From positions 42,289 to 74,288 of the forward strand of contig NZ_PGGB02000001.1 of assembly GCF_002803295.2 (NCBI RefSeq): a stretch of DNA of 32,000 nt. Reading direction: 5' to 3'. This document shows positions 7,891 through 19,714 of the stretch, piece after piece. The stretch is from Caedibacter taeniospiralis. Its GTDB lineage: Bacteria; Pseudomonadota; Gammaproteobacteria; Francisellales; Francisellaceae. Position 1 is the first letter of the stretch, and each line of letters starts with the position of its first letter. Position numbers and translations under genes: made by a program. Under the pieces are notes generated by a model. The model ran no database searches and had not been told where the DNA came from. It saw only the letters and a program-made list of their open reading frames with translations.

Positions 7891-9504
7891 TTACCCTATT
7901 GCCACGGCATGTGCCGCCTGTATGATGTGTGTTGAGGCCGCTGAAGATAATTGTAAAATTAGTTCTGGATAAACCCCAAACCAGATCGTTGGAATCGCCA
8001 ATAACACTAACACAAAAACTTCCAGTCCTGCAATGTCCTTTAAATTGGCAACCTGAGTTGTCACAATTTTACCGAAAAATACACGCTTATACATCCAAAG
8101 GGTATAGGCTGGAGCAATAATCATTGTCAGCCCGGCAATTAAGGCTACCCAAATCGAATATTTAAACACGGCTAAAATAATCAGGAACTCCCCGACAAAA
8201 CCACTGGTTCCTGGTAAGCCTACATTTGCCAAGCAGAACAACATGAAAAAGCTTGCAAAGACTGGCATGGATCGTGCCACTCCTTGAAAATCCGCGATAT
8301 TGCGTGTGTGCATTCTCAGATATAAATAGCCACAACCGATAAACATACCACCCGCTGAAAACGCATGAGCTATCATCTGAAACATTGCACCCTGAATCGC
8401 AAGCTGTGCATCTGCCATTCCCAACACAGGATCTGGATTATGCTCTACCAATAAAAAAATCGAAAACATTGCCAAGGTTACCAATCCCATATGTGAGATG
8501 GATGAGTAGGCAATCAGACGTTTAAAGTCAGTTTGGGCGATAGCAACAATGCCAACATAGACGATGGCAATAAGCGATATACCGATTAAAAACCAGTCTA
8601 ACAACGCGGTAATGCTTGGAATCAATGGCAATACAAAGCGCAGGAAACCATAAGCACCAAGTTTAAGCATCAATGCCGCAAGAACCACCGAACCCCCAGC
8701 AGGCGCTTCAGAGTGCGCATCTGGCAACCAGGAATGCAATGGCCACATCGGGATTTTCACCGCAAAGGCTAAGAAAAATGCGCCAAATAAAAGCCACTGA
8801 GCCGTTAAGGTAACATTCACTAACTGCCCCATATTGTTGACTTGTGTCGCCCAGAAAATAAAGTTCTGAATTGAGAAAGTCCCGCTGTCAACCAAACTGC
8901 TACCAGGCAATGCCGCGACTTGCTGTTGAATATACAAAAAAGCGAGAAGCAGAAAAATTGAGCCTGAAAAAGTGTACAGGAAATATTTAATCGCCGCATA
9001 GGCTTTTTGCTTGCCTCCCCAGATACCGATACCTAAGGTTGTCGGAATCAGTAACGCTTCCCAGAAAATATAAAAGAGCATTGTATCCTGTGCCATAAAT
9101 ACCGCATTGGTGAGTCCTGTGGTAATCAGGAAGATCGCCATATATTGTCTTAATCTCACTGTGATACTACGCCATGCAGCAAGGATGATCACGATGTTGG
9201 TAAAACTTGTTAAGATAATGAATAAAACGGAAAAACCATCCACACCTAAGTAATAATATACGGCATCATTATTAGCAAACAAGCTAAACCAGCGCACACG
9301 TTCGACAAACTGCATGCTGGCACTGGTTGGGTCAAACCCAAGGTATAAAGGTATGCAAAGGAGCAGAGTTAAAACGGCAACGGCTAATGCGCTCCAGCGC
9401 GCAGCTTCCTTTTTGCCATCAGGAGACTTGGCAGCCAACACGATAAGACCACCAATAATCGGCACCCATATTAACAAACTCAATAAGTAGTTGGTTATAA
9501 ACAT
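7891..9504 (-). CDS. nuoM: NADH-quinone oxidoreductase subunit M
   Basis: 537-aa ND4-like antiporter-type membrane subunit. Position between nuoL and nuoN. Confidence 0.9.
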   Translation of the reverse strand: MFITNYLLSLLIWVPIIGGLIVLAAKSPDGKKEAARWSALAVAVLTLLLCIPLYLGFDPTSASMQFVERVRWFSLFANNDAVYYYLGVDGFSVLFIILTSFTNIVIILAAWRSITVRLRQYMAIFLITTGLTNAVFMAQDTMLFYIFWEALLIPTTLGIGIWGGKQKAYAAIKYFLYTFSGSIFLLLAFLYIQQQVAALPGSSLVDSGTFSIQNFIFWATQVNNMGQLVNVTLTAQWLLFGAFFLAFAVKIPMWPLHSWLPDAHSEAPAGGSVVLAALMLKLGAYGFLRFVLPLIPSITALLDWFLIGISLIAIVYVGIVAIAQTDFKRLIAYSSISHMGLVTLAMFSIFLLVEHNPDPVLGMADAQLAIQGAMFQMIAHAFSAGGMFIGCGYLYLRMHTRNIADFQGVARSMPVFASFFMLFCLANVGLPGTSGFVGEFLIILAVFKYSIWVALIAGLTMIIAPAYTLWMYKRVFFGKIVTTQVANLKDIAGLEVFVLVLLAIPTIWFGVYPELILQLSSAASTHIIQAAHAVAIG

Positions 9505-9530
9505 AATATTAATCTTCCTTTAAACCCGCC

Positions 9531-11540
9531 TCAATTCACCCAAAAGATGAGCCATGTGATCAGCGCCACCACACCAATAAGCATTACCAATGCGTAATCA
9601 AATAAATAACCGCGTTGCATGCGCGTCATCTTTCTTCCTGCAAAATAAATCAAGTCCGCACTACCTTGAACTGCGGTCTTATCAATCATAAAGATATCAA
9701 CCACAATCCATAAGAACTTACTCAACAAAATGACACCCTTGACAAAAATCAAATTATAAAGCCCATCGATGAAATATTTTTTCACTAGGATGTAGTGCAG
9801 AATTCCAACGCCTGAACGCACATTAGCCAACGTTTTGGGGATGCTTGGGATAAGCACATAAAAAATATAAGCCAGAATCAATGCGCCAATTGCCAACCAA
9901 AACGGCACGGTCTGTACCGAATGCGCAATGTAATCCCATGGCGTTTTTGTTGCAGCTTCTTGTGCCAGGCTTGCAACAATCGTCATATTGCCTAAAGCAG
10001 GTTGGGAATATTGCGCAATTGTGTTACCAAAGAAACCGTTAGCATTAGCCAAATTTGGCGTTAATGCTGATTCAAAAAATAACATTCCCGCAAATATTGA
10101 TGGAATCGCCAATAGAATCAGCGGCAGCAAAATAGTCCATGGAGATTCTTTAGTATGCGTTTTCGTATGCGTATCCATTCTTGGTTGACCGTGAAAGGTC
10201 ATAAAAATCATTCTAAAGATGTAGAATGAGGTCACAAAAGCACAGGCCAATACAAGATAATAGGCAAATTCATGCCCGGGCAGGGTAGTTTCTGCAACGG
10301 CTTCAATGATTAAATCCTTGGAGAAAAAACCTGAAAATGGGGGTATTGCCGCCAGTGCCCAACCACCAATAATCATACAGATATAGGTAATCGGCATGTA
10401 TTTTCTTAAGCCACCCATCTTGCGCATATCCTGTTCATGGTGGAGGGCTACGATGACTGAGCCTGCCGCCAGAAATAGAAGCGCCTTAAACATCGCGTGC
10501 GTCATTAAATGGAACATGCCAATTGAGAATCCTGACGCCCCTTGTGCCACCATCATATAACCCAATTGCGATAGGGTACAATAAGCGATCACACGTTTAA
10601 TATCCATCTGGACAATCGCGACAAGCCCCATAAACAAACAGGTGATCGCCCCAATAATCATCACAAAACTAAGTGCTGCTGCTGAATGCACAAACATCGG
10701 AGATAAGCGCGCCACCATAAACACCCCAGCAGTTACCATGGTCGCCGCGTGAATCAAGGCGGATATGGGAGTTGGACCTTCCATTGAACCTTCTAGCCAG
10801 GTATGTAATGGAAACTGTGCCGATTTACCCATCGCCCCAATAAACAATAAGACACACATCAAGGTAATCGGACTAAACTCCATACCTAAAAAGGAGATCA
10901 TCCGAGTGTTATCCAGATTAGTCACCTCTGTAAATACAGTACTGTAATCCATCGAATTGCAATAATAAATTACCGCGGCAATACCCAACAAAAATCCAAG
11001 ATCACCAACGCGATTCACAATAAAAGCACGTAAACTCGCCTCATTGGCAGAATCTTTGTCAAAGTAAAACCCGATCAATAAATAGGAAAAAAGTCCAACG
11101 CCCTCCCAGCCAAAGAATAACAATAGGAAGTTATTGCCCATAATGAGGCATAGCATCGCAAAAGTAAAGCCAGAAATATAGGCAAAAAAGCGCGCATAAC
11201 CTGCCTCACCCTTCATGTATCCAATGGAATAGATATGCACAAGAGCCGATACAAAGGTCACGATCAACATCATAAATACAGACAACTTATCAACGGTGAA
11301 GCTCACTTTCATACCTAAGCTTGGGAATAATGCCCAGTTAAAGTAAGTCGCCGTATAAACTTCATTATTCAGATATACGCCTAGTGCCAATACCAGACTT
11401 AATACGAAGGATAAAATGACAAGACCTGTGGTAATACAACTAACACCTGTCAATTGCACTTTTTTCGAGAAAAATCCCGCTACAATCGAGCCAAGGGCAG
11501 GAGCTAGGATAAGCATCGCAATAATAAAATCAATTCCCAT
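9531..11540 (-). CDS. nuoL: NADH-quinone oxidoreductase subunit L
   Basis: 669-aa ND5-like membrane subunit with a long C-terminal extension. Position after nuoK. Confidence 0.9.
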   Translation of the reverse strand: MGIDFIIAMLILAPALGSIVAGFFSKKVQLTGVSCITTGLVILSFVLSLVLALGVYLNNEVYTATYFNWALFPSLGMKVSFTVDKLSVFMMLIVTFVSALVHIYSIGYMKGEAGYARFFAYISGFTFAMLCLIMGNNFLLLFFGWEGVGLFSYLLIGFYFDKDSANEASLRAFIVNRVGDLGFLLGIAAVIYYCNSMDYSTVFTEVTNLDNTRMISFLGMEFSPITLMCVLLFIGAMGKSAQFPLHTWLEGSMEGPTPISALIHAATMVTAGVFMVARLSPMFVHSAAALSFVMIIGAITCLFMGLVAIVQMDIKRVIAYCTLSQLGYMMVAQGASGFSIGMFHLMTHAMFKALLFLAAGSVIVALHHEQDMRKMGGLRKYMPITYICMIIGGWALAAIPPFSGFFSKDLIIEAVAETTLPGHEFAYYLVLACAFVTSFYIFRMIFMTFHGQPRMDTHTKTHTKESPWTILLPLILLAIPSIFAGMLFFESALTPNLANANGFFGNTIAQYSQPALGNMTIVASLAQEAATKTPWDYIAHSVQTVPFWLAIGALILAYIFYVLIPSIPKTLANVRSGVGILHYILVKKYFIDGLYNLIFVKGVILLSKFLWIVVDIFMIDKTAVQGSADLIYFAGRKMTRMQRGYLFDYALVMLIGVVALITWLIFWVN

Positions 11541-11544
11541 CGTC

Positions 11545-11862
11545 TTAGCCTTTTAGTGTATTAAGTTGACTGACATCGATTGTTTTACGTGTCCTAAAAA
11601 GTACGACAACAATCGCAAGCCCTATTGCCGCTTCAGCCGCAGCTACTGTTAAAATAAAGAACACAAATACATCGCCTGTGCTTTGCGCAAGCATACTCGA
11701 AAAGGCGATAAAGTTAGTATTAACTGCAAGTAGCATGAGTTCAATGGACATCAGTAAAATCAGCAAGTTACGACGATTAATGATAATACCAGCAATGCTC
11801 AATGAAAAAATAATCGCACTGAAAATTAAATAATGAGTAACAGGTATGGGAATACTAGTCAT
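11545..11862 (-). CDS. nuoK: NADH-quinone oxidoreductase subunit K
   Basis: 105-aa three-helix ND4L-like protein. Its start overlaps the nuoJ stop by 4 nt. Confidence 0.9.
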   Translation of the reverse strand: MTSIPIPVTHYLIFSAIIFSLSIAGIIINRRNLLILLMSIELMLLAVNTNFIAFSSMLAQSTGDVFVFFILTVAAAEAAIGLAIVVVLFRTRKTIDVSQLNTLKG

Positions 11863-12485
11863 TTAGGCTCTCCCTGATCAGATTTCTGTTGTGCTTCTTT
11901 TGCGCTTTTTTCTACTTTCATTTTAACCATGCTCAAGCGATCTTTGGCTTGCGTTTTAATCTGTACGCTTGGATTAATCGATTTATTGCCTGGCTTTTTA
12001 CCACGAAAGGTCAGCGTGATTGCTGCCACCATTGCTGCCAACAGAATCATGCCCGCAAGCTCAAAGGCATAAAGATATTTATTTGAAAACATCTCAGCTC
12101 CCAGACTCTCAACTGTGCCTAAGCCTCCTGTCATCGTTTTATCTGCAAACGTATGACTCACAACGATTGAAATCAATAATGCAAGGCAAGCACACAGTAA
12201 AATGACGATCGGCCAGTAAAGCACCCATTTTTTCTGTTTGATGACAATATTGATATCCAGCATCATCACCACAAACAGGAACATCACCAATACCGCACCG
12301 ACATAAACCACGATCAAAAGTAGTGCCAGGTACTCCTGTTGCATCGTCAGCCATACGCCCGCGGCTGCAAAGAAAGTAAAAACTTTCGCGATAACGGCGC
12401 GCACTGGATTTTTGGCACTGATGACCAACAGCGCCCCTAAAACAGTCAGCCCTGCAAATACATAAAAGATAATATTAACACTCAT
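11859..12485 (-). CDS. nuoJ: NADH-quinone oxidoreductase subunit J
   Basis: 208-aa ND6-like membrane protein with a charged C-terminal tail. Operon position. Confidence 0.88.
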   Translation of the reverse strand: MSVNIIFYVFAGLTVLGALLVISAKNPVRAVIAKVFTFFAAAGVWLTMQQEYLALLLIVVYVGAVLVMFLFVVMMLDINIVIKQKKWVLYWPIVILLCACLALLISIVVSHTFADKTMTGGLGTVESLGAEMFSNKYLYAFELAGMILLAAMVAAITLTFRGKKPGNKSINPSVQIKTQAKDRLSMVKMKVEKSAKEAQQKSDQGEPK

Positions 12486-12491
12486 CTGTTC

Positions 12492-12983
12492 CTACCTAAA
12501 TGCCTTATCTGCTTCACGATCCTGGGCAATTTCTTTTTCATATTTATCCCCTATTGCCAGGAGTTTTGCCTTGGTCAAAATATTTTCACCACGATTTTCA
12601 AAATGATATTCAAACACGCGTGTCTCAACGATCGAATCCACAGGACATGACTCCTCACAAAAGCCACAAAAGATGCACTTAAACAAATCAATTTCATATT
12701 TTGTTGTGCGCCTTGAGCCATCTTCGCGTGGTTCAGCTTCAATGGTAATTGCGAGCGCGGGGCACACCACCTCACACAATTTGCAGGCAATGCAGCGCTC
12801 CTCACCATTTTCATAGCGTCTTAAAGCATGCAGACCGCGAAACCTGCCTGATTGCGGGGTCTTCTCATCTGGATATTGTACCGTTACTTTACGGGTAAAA
12901 AAGTGCTTCCCCGTAATCTTAAGACCCTTTAGCAGCTCCCATAGCAAAAAGGTCTGACAATAGCGTTTGATCGCTTTAAACAT
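12492..12983 (-). CDS. nuoI: NADH-quinone oxidoreductase subunit I
   Basis: Two 4Fe-4S ferredoxin motifs ([24 protein letters not shown]). The ATG at 12983 is preceded by GGAG, whereas the TTG at 13004 in the track lies inside nuoH. Confidence 0.9.
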   Translation of the reverse strand: MFKAIKRYCQTFLLWELLKGLKITGKHFFTRKVTVQYPDEKTPQSGRFRGLHALRRYENGEERCIACKLCEVVCPALAITIEAEPREDGSRRTTKYEIDLFKCIFCGFCEESCPVDSIVETRVFEYHFENRGENILTKAKLLAIGDKYEKEIAQDREADKAFR

Positions 12984-12994
12984 TAATAAATCTC

Positions 12995-14008
12995 CTACCA
13001 CCAAGGACCTAAGCCAAGTTTAACCATGAAAGCCACAAAAATAACCCATACTAATGTCACTGGAATAAATATTTTCCAGCCCAAACGCATTAACTGATCG
13101 TAACGGTATCTTGGGAAAGTAGCGCGAATCCACAAATACATAAACATGAAGATACCCGTCTTTAAAAACAGCCAAATCATTCCAGGGACAAAACTAAAGA
13201 ATTGATCTAATACGGGGATGCCATCAAATGGAGACATCCAGCCACCTAAGAAAAACACGGCTGTTAATAGACTGATCAAGATCATATTGGCATATTCCGC
13301 CAAAAAGAATAAAGCAAAGCGCGCACCTGAATACTCAACATGGTGTCCTGCGATAATCTCAGACTCGCCTTCAATCACATCAAAGGGCGCGCGTCCAGTT
13401 TCTGCAACACCCGCGATAAAATAAATAATAAACAGAGGGAATAATGGGATAAAGTACCAGTGCCAGATACCGCCTTGTTGCGTTTCAATAATTGTACTGA
13501 GATTAAGTGAGCCTGCGGCAATCAACACCCCAATAATCGCAAACCCCATCGCTAACTCATATGACACCACCTGAGCTGCTGCGCGCAACGCGCCAAACAT
13601 TGCATACTTAGAGTTTGACGCCCAACCGGCAATAATCACCCCGTAAACAGCAATGGACGTCATAGCCAAAATATACAAAACACCTGCGTTTATATCAGCA
13701 AGTGCCAGTCCCTTTCCAAATGGGACTACTGCCCAGGCGGCATAAGCAGGCGCAAATGCCAGCATTGGTGCAATAAAAAATAAGTAACGGTTTGACTTCG
13801 TAGGGACGATGATTTCTTTTAGGAGCAGTTTCACCGCATCAACAATCGGTTGCAAAAGACCAAACGAGCCCACGCGATTCGGACCCACTCTATCCTGCAT
13901 ATAGCCAATGACTTTACGCTCCGCATAGGTATAGTACGCTACGACTAGAATCAAAGGAACGACAATCAACAAGACCTTAAGGACAATCCATATAATATCT
14001 AAAATCAT
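12995..14008 (-). CDS. nuoH: NADH-quinone oxidoreductase subunit H
   Basis: 337-aa ND1-like membrane protein. 4-nt overlap with the nuoG stop. Confidence 0.92.
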   Translation of the reverse strand: MILDIIWIVLKVLLIVVPLILVVAYYTYAERKVIGYMQDRVGPNRVGSFGLLQPIVDAVKLLLKEIIVPTKSNRYLFFIAPMLAFAPAYAAWAVVPFGKGLALADINAGVLYILAMTSIAVYGVIIAGWASNSKYAMFGALRAAAQVVSYELAMGFAIIGVLIAAGSLNLSTIIETQQGGIWHWYFIPLFPLFIIYFIAGVAETGRAPFDVIEGESEIIAGHHVEYSGARFALFFLAEYANMILISLLTAVFFLGGWMSPFDGIPVLDQFFSFVPGMIWLFLKTGIFMFMYLWIRATFPRYRYDQLMRLGWKIFIPVTLVWVIFVAFMVKLGLGPWW

Positions 14009-16416
14009 GCGCTCACCACCTCTGTTTTAACTGGCGTGATTGTAACATTTGCCCACTTAGTGCGACAAGGAGACATAAGTTGAAATGGCACAATAATCGT
14101 ATTTGCCGCTAAACCTTCCTCAATGAGGACACCAAGCTCAACCGATTCACCATCTATCGACACTATGGCTCTCGTCGATGATTGCAGTGACTTTTGCTGT
14201 GCAAACTTCGTTGAGATCCGCAAAGCTCGATAATAAGCAGCATCTTTGGTTGTTTGTAACGGCTTCCCACGCCTTAAGGTATCAAAGGTGCTATACATAG
14301 AAATGGCAGGTAGCACCGTATAGCCCTCCTGAAGCTCTGGCAAAGCATTGCTTAGTAAGTTATCAGGGTTAATTTGGGGCATGACTTTTTCAATTGCGGC
14401 ATATTCCTGATAAATCTCATCAAGCGATTGATAGCTAAAGCCATCAAGTGCCAGCAAGTTTGCTAATACACGCAATACTTTCCATAATGGCTTACTTGCT
14501 TCATAGGGTGGAATAACCGCCTTAAAGCGTTGTGTTTGTCCCACAATATTAATAAATGAGCCATCTTCTTCAAAGTGTGTGCAAATGGGCAATATGATAT
14601 CGGCATATTCGCGCATCGCATCGGTTGCGTAAGCAGAAAATACCGCAACAATGTCAATCGCCTTGAGTGCTTCCAGCGTTTTCCGTCCATCGATATAATC
14701 CAACTCGGGTTCAATCCCGAAAGTTAATAGCAGTTTTGTGTTGGCACTTAAAATTGACGAAGCAGACATTCCTGATTGCAGATTTTCAAGACCTCCAGGC
14801 AAATACTCTGAAGCTGCTCCAGTCAGTAGAGCACCCCTGGCATTGGCACCAAAGCTAAGCACCCCACCTTTTGCATGAAGCAGTTGTTTTAATTCGCTAA
14901 ATAACGCACAAATTCCGGCAAAATCTTTATTCAAAATCGCATCAAATCCCAAAATAAGTACAGGATTTTCTCTGGAAATCAACTCTGCTGCCAACGCCTC
15001 AATCTCAGGCAAGCTTTCCACGCTATCGATCACTTTCTTAACTTGTGTCGATTGAATAGGCGTGGCAATTTTTTGAGATACCGCCTTTACCAGGTTTGCC
15101 AGCGCATAAATAAGCTCATTCGCTTCGATTTGCATCGTTTCAACATCATAGTTGAAATCATAGTACTGACTATTTAACGCAAATACCCTGGAACCCTTTT
15201 TGAACGCCGTATGAACGCGATGATTAATCAAGGGAATCTCTTTACGCAGGTAGCTGCCAACGAGTAAGACCGCATCAGCATTTTCAATTTCATCCAGGAG
15301 GCAATCAAAACCAACTCCAGTATGCAGTGAAGTTTTATGCGCCCCTTGTTTTAAGCGCGTATCAATATTATTTGAACCAATTTGGCGTATCAGTTTTTGC
15401 AGTAAGTAAAGCGATTCTGTCGTTGCCGACTCAGAGGCAAGGGCTGCAATGCTATTTACCCCATCCTGTGCCTTGGTCTCTTCAATCGCGACTTTAATAA
15501 AATCTAGGGCTTCTTCCCAAGACACTTCAACCCAACGATCATTCTTCTTGATCATGGGCTCAGTTAGGCGATCCTCACTATAAACGCCGGTATAATAAAA
15601 ACGGTCTTTATCGGCAAGCCATGTCTCATTAACTGCTTCATTTTCTTTGGGCACAACGCGCATCAGCTGGTTACGTCTGACATGCGCATAGATATTTGCC
15701 CCCACCGCATCAGCCGCTGAAATCGTTGGATATTGCTGCAACTCCCAGGCACGAGCCTGGAATCTAAAGGGCTTCGAGGTCAGAGCCCCAACGGGACACA
15801 GATCAATAATATTACCTGAAAGCTCTGAATTAACGGTTTTTGCCACATAGGTGCTAATTTGGGTGTGGTCTCCGCGCCCCATGGCGCCAAGCTCCTTATC
15901 GCCACTGATTTCTTCACCAAAGCGGACACAACGCGTGCACTGAATACAGCGCGTCATGTCAGTGGCAATCAATGAACCTAAACTTGGATCATCAAATACG
16001 CGCTTTGTTTCGTGGTACTTGGAAACGTCATCTCCATAACCTATTGCAATATCTTGCAACTCGCACTCGCCACCTTGATCGCAAATAGGACAATCCAGTG
16101 GGTGATTAATGAGTAAGAATTCCATAACTTTCTTTTGATAAGAAATAGTTGTTGGTGATTTGGTAAAGACCTTCATGCCATCCATAATGGGGGTGGCACA
16201 CGCAGGAGACGGTTTTCTTGCCCCTTCGACTTCAACCAGGCACATTCTGCAATTGGCTGCCACTGAGAGTTTTTTATGATAACAAAAGCGGGGAATATAA
16301 ATGCCATGCCTATCCGCCACCTCAATGATCATCTCACCAGGACTCACCGCATATGACTGCCCATTGATTTCAATACTCAATTGTTTCGTTACTTGTTTTT
16401 CTGACACGGGAGTCAC
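14005..16416 (-). CDS. nuoG: NADH-quinone oxidoreductase subunit G
   Basis: N-terminal Fe-S cysteine clusters ([42 protein letters not shown]) followed by a molybdopterin-oxidoreductase-like body. GTG start at 16416; an alternative GTG at 16407 has better SD spacing. Confidence 0.92.
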   Translation of the reverse strand: MTPVSEKQVTKQLSIEINGQSYAVSPGEMIIEVADRHGIYIPRFCYHKKLSVAANCRMCLVEVEGARKPSPACATPIMDGMKVFTKSPTTISYQKKVMEFLLINHPLDCPICDQGGECELQDIAIGYGDDVSKYHETKRVFDDPSLGSLIATDMTRCIQCTRCVRFGEEISGDKELGAMGRGDHTQISTYVAKTVNSELSGNIIDLCPVGALTSKPFRFQARAWELQQYPTISAADAVGANIYAHVRRNQLMRVVPKENEAVNETWLADKDRFYYTGVYSEDRLTEPMIKKNDRWVEVSWEEALDFIKVAIEETKAQDGVNSIAALASESATTESLYLLQKLIRQIGSNNIDTRLKQGAHKTSLHTGVGFDCLLDEIENADAVLLVGSYLRKEIPLINHRVHTAFKKGSRVFALNSQYYDFNYDVETMQIEANELIYALANLVKAVSQKIATPIQSTQVKKVIDSVESLPEIEALAAELISRENPVLILGFDAILNKDFAGICALFSELKQLLHAKGGVLSFGANARGALLTGAASEYLPGGLENLQSGMSASSILSANTKLLLTFGIEPELDYIDGRKTLEALKAIDIVAVFSAYATDAMREYADIILPICTHFEEDGSFINIVGQTQRFKAVIPPYEASKPLWKVLRVLANLLALDGFSYQSLDEIYQEYAAIEKVMPQINPDNLLSNALPELQEGYTVLPAISMYSTFDTLRRGKPLQTTKDAAYYRALRISTKFAQQKSLQSSTRAIVSIDGESVELGVLIEEGLAANTIIVPFQLMSPCRTKWANVTITPVKTEVVSA

Positions 16417-16451
16417 CCTTTATCAATTATGTTTGTTCAATTTACCTGCGG

Positions 16452-16651
16452 TGACCATATTTCCGCCCACTCTATGGTGCTGAGCACCGATGCGCTTTAA
16501 AAAACACCCCGCCTTGCAAGCCTGACCACTTTAGAGTGGTCAGGCAAGCTCGGCACCCCTCTTGAAAAGAGGGGAATATCCACCGAAGCTACCGCCTAAT
16601 TCCCCTCTTTTCAAGAGGGGTGGCAGCCGCAGGCTGACGGGGTGTTTAAAA
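16452..16651. mobile_element. MITE-like nested-palindromic repeat element (copy B) in the nuoF-nuoG spacer
   Basis: Outer stem AAACACCCCG (16502-16511) pairs with CGGGGTGTTT (16638-16647). Inside are hairpin GCCTGACCACT..GTGGTCAGGC (16520-16545) and a perfect 24-nt inverted repeat: CACCCCTCTTGAAAAGAGGGGAAT at 16554-16577 and its reverse complement at 16599-16622. The blocks CTCGGCACCCCT and ACCGCCTAATTCCCCT are shared with copy A. The leading 19-mer TGACCATATTTCCGCCCAC (16452-16470) recurs at 26660-26678. Confidence 0.6.
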
Positions 16652-16670
16652 TTACTAGAACTCTACTATC

Positions 16671-17939
16671 TTAAACACCAACGGTATGCTTATCTGCAAT
16701 CATACGTTCAAACTCATGTCTGAACTTTTTAATATAACTTTGCACAGGCCATGCCGCGGCATCCCCCAAACCACAAATCGTATTTCCTTCAATATTCGAG
16801 GCGACACGCGTGAGATTATCGATATCCTTGAGATTACCTTCACCATGCAAAATACGATCCAGAGTTCTTGCCAACCATCCAGTACCCTCTCTGCAAGGTG
16901 TGCACTGTCCACAGGATTCTTCATAATAAAATTCAGCCAGGCGTGCCAACAGTTCAACCATGCACGTGTCTTCGTCTAAGACAACAACCGCACCTGAACC
17001 AAGCATTGATCCTGCCTGCCCAATCGCTTCATAGTCCATGGTGAGATTCATCATCTCATCTCCCGTGAGAATTTTACATGAACTGCCACCTGGAATCACC
17101 GCCTTGATTTTTTTGCCACCACGCACGCCTCCTGCCATCGCTAGTAAATCCTTAAACGGCGTGCCTAAACCAATTTCAAACACCCCAGGAGAATTCACAT
17201 GTCCTGAGACGCAGAACAATTTAGTTCCACCACTTTTCTCGGTACCCAGTTTCTGAAACCACTCACCGCCACGCTCTAAAATCGGCGGCACAGAAGCGTA
17301 AGTTTCAGTGTTATTAATATTGGTGGGGCAATCATATAAGCCCTTACTTGCAGGAAAAGGGGGTTTAAATCTTGGCAATCCTTTTTTCCCTTCCAATGAG
17401 TTGAGTAATGCTGTTTCCTCACCACAAATATAAGCACCAGCTCCAATCGAGCAGTATAAGTTGAAATCAACCCCTGAACTACGCAAATTAAAACCAATGA
17501 GTCCCATGGCGCGCGCCTCATTGAGTGCTGCTTCAAAGCGTGCTATCGGCTCATAAAACTCGCCGCGAATATAGTTGTAACCTACTGTTGAGCCCGTCAC
17601 ATAGCCCGCAATCGCCATGCCTTCAATGAGTTGATGTGGGTTGTTACGTAGAATCTCACGATCCTTGCAAGTCCCTGGCTCCCCCTCATCGGAATTACAC
17701 ACGACATATTTTTGTCCAGGAACATTTCGTGGCATAAAGCTCCACTTAAGCCCTGTCGGAAATCCCGCTCCCCCGCGCCCACGAAGACCCGATTTTTTTA
17801 GTTCCGCAATAATGACTTCAGGCGGAATTTTCTCATCTAAAATTTTTTTCCAATACGAGTATCCACCAACAGATTCATAGGACTTTAGCGACCATGGTCG
17901 TTCAAGATGCAAGGTTCTAAAACAAACTTCATTCGCCAT
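16671..17939 (-). CDS. nuoF: NADH-quinone oxidoreductase subunit F
   Basis: [20 protein letters not shown] site and the [12 protein letters not shown] 4Fe-4S motif. Confidence 0.95.
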   Translation of the reverse strand: MANEVCFRTLHLERPWSLKSYESVGGYSYWKKILDEKIPPEVIIAELKKSGLRGRGGAGFPTGLKWSFMPRNVPGQKYVVCNSDEGEPGTCKDREILRNNPHQLIEGMAIAGYVTGSTVGYNYIRGEFYEPIARFEAALNEARAMGLIGFNLRSSGVDFNLYCSIGAGAYICGEETALLNSLEGKKGLPRFKPPFPASKGLYDCPTNINNTETYASVPPILERGGEWFQKLGTEKSGGTKLFCVSGHVNSPGVFEIGLGTPFKDLLAMAGGVRGGKKIKAVIPGGSSCKILTGDEMMNLTMDYEAIGQAGSMLGSGAVVVLDEDTCMVELLARLAEFYYEESCGQCTPCREGTGWLARTLDRILHGEGNLKDIDNLTRVASNIEGNTICGLGDAAAWPVQSYIKKFRHEFERMIADKHTVGV

Positions 17940-17942
17940 CTA

Positions 17943-18440
17943 TTACTCCAAAGAATCAATAATTTGGTCAACTTTTGCAATGCTTAGATTTTCATAAAAA
18001 ACCTTATCCACTTCGAGCATCGGCGCGCCACAACACGCTCCTTGGCATTCAACCGATCTTAAGGTAATGCGACCATCAGCCGTTGTTTCGCCCGCTTTAA
18101 TCCGAAGTCGATTCTCGATGTGAGTCATGATTTTCTTAGCACCGTTTAACATACACGATAAATTTGTACACACGTTAAGCTTATGCCTGCCAACCTCATG
18201 CAAATCATACATGCTATAAAAAGTTGCCACCTCATAAACCGAAGCTTGCGGCACTTCTAAATACTGCGCGAGCTTTTCCATCAACTCTTCGCTCAAATAC
18301 CCATTATTATAATCTTGCAATACATGCAAGCCTGGAATAATAACTGACCTCTTCTGGTTGACTGGGTAGCGCTTTTCCCAGTTCTCCAGGAGTTCTGTGA
18401 TATGCGCGGGGAAAATTTCTTTTTTATTTAACATAGACAA
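17943..18440 (-). CDS. nuoE: NADH-quinone oxidoreductase subunit E
   Basis: 165-aa thioredoxin-like 2Fe-2S subunit with cysteine pairs CTNLSC and CQGACCGAP. Confidence 0.92.
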   Translation of the reverse strand: MSMLNKKEIFPAHITELLENWEKRYPVNQKRSVIIPGLHVLQDYNNGYLSEELMEKLAQYLEVPQASVYEVATFYSMYDLHEVGRHKLNVCTNLSCMLNGAKKIMTHIENRLRIKAGETTADGRITLRSVECQGACCGAPMLEVDKVFYENLSIAKVDQIIDSLE

Positions 18441-18449
18441 ACCCTAAAC

Positions 18450-19703
18450 TTATCTATCTACATCGCCAAACACGATGTCTTGTGTGGCAATAATCGCTGG
18501 CACATCTGATAACATATGACCGCTTAACATTTCATTCATCGAGCTTAAATGCGTAAACCCAGGCGCTCTGATTTTCAGGCGATAGGGTTTATTGGCGCCA
18601 TCTGACACCAAATAAATGCCAAACTCACCTTTTGGATGTTCAGTCCCTACATAAACCTCGCCTTCTGGGACGCAATAGCCCTCAGAAAACAGTTTAAAAT
18701 GGTGGATTAACGCCTCCATGCTATTCTTCATCTCATCACGCCTGGGAGGTGTGACTTTATGATTTGGCGCCATAATCGGACCTTCATTGCTGCGTAACCA
18801 CTCAACACATTGGCGAATAATCTTATTCGACTCGCGCATTTCAGCCATTCGCACCAGGTAGCGATCATAGCAATCACCCTTGCTACCCACAGGAATATCA
18901 AACTCCACCTCATCATAAACATCATAAGGCTGTTTTTTGCGCAGATCCCAGGCAACGCCCGAGGCTCTTAACATGGGACCACCAAAGCCCAGCGCCTTGG
19001 CACGCTCTTTCGTAACCACGCCAATACCGACTGTGCGCTGTTTCCAGATTCTGTTATTTGTCAATAAGTTCTCATATTCATCAATGCACTTTGGAAAGCG
19101 CTCGGTGAAATCCCATATAAAGTCCAAGAGCGAACCTTGACGGTTTTTATTAATTGCTTTTAACTTGCTTTTGGAAGTAAAACGCGATTTCTCATATTTT
19201 GGCATCTGCAAAGGCAGATCACGCGCAACACCACCTGGACGGAAATAGGTCGCGTGCATTCTAGCACCCGACACGGCTTCATAGCAGTCAAATAGATCTT
19301 CACGCTCACGAAATGCGTATAAGAACATCGTCATCGCGCCCAAATCCAGGCTATTTGCCGCGGTCCATAACAGATGATTGAGAATGCGGGTAATTTCAGC
19401 GAACATTACCCTGATATATTGCGCACGCTTTGGCACTTCAACTTGCAAAAGTTTTTCAATCGCAAGTACATACGCGTGCTCATTACACATCATCGACACA
19501 TAATCCAAACGATCCATATAGCCGATGCTTTGATTAAATGGCTTAGATTCCGCAAGCTTTTCCGTACCTCTATGTAAGAGCCCAACATGCGGATCAGCGC
19601 GAACAACTACCTCACCATCTAACTCCAATACCAGACGCAATACCCCATGAGCTGCCGGGTGCACAGGTCCAAAGTTCATCGTATAGTTTTTAAATTCAGC
19701 CAT
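18450..19703 (-). CDS. nuoD: NADH-quinone oxidoreductase subunit D
   Basis: 417-aa 49-kDa subunit with [15 protein letters not shown] near the N-terminus and a C-terminal IVFGDVDR. Confidence 0.95.
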   Translation of the reverse strand: MAEFKNYTMNFGPVHPAAHGVLRLVLELDGEVVVRADPHVGLLHRGTEKLAESKPFNQSIGYMDRLDYVSMMCNEHAYVLAIEKLLQVEVPKRAQYIRVMFAEITRILNHLLWTAANSLDLGAMTMFLYAFREREDLFDCYEAVSGARMHATYFRPGGVARDLPLQMPKYEKSRFTSKSKLKAINKNRQGSLLDFIWDFTERFPKCIDEYENLLTNNRIWKQRTVGIGVVTKERAKALGFGGPMLRASGVAWDLRKKQPYDVYDEVEFDIPVGSKGDCYDRYLVRMAEMRESNKIIRQCVEWLRSNEGPIMAPNHKVTPPRRDEMKNSMEALIHHFKLFSEGYCVPEGEVYVGTEHPKGEFGIYLVSDGANKPYRLKIRAPGFTHLSSMNEMLSGHMLSDVPAIIATQDIVFGDVDR

Positions 19704-19714
19704 AGTATTCTCAA

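Noticed and set aside
3661-16651. Whether the GC-rich hairpin repeats could be a CRISPR array.
   Set aside because: The copies are at separate loci many kb apart (the three main ones near 3.7, 6.2 and 16.5 kb), not tandem. They have no regular repeat-spacer periodicity and no cas genes.
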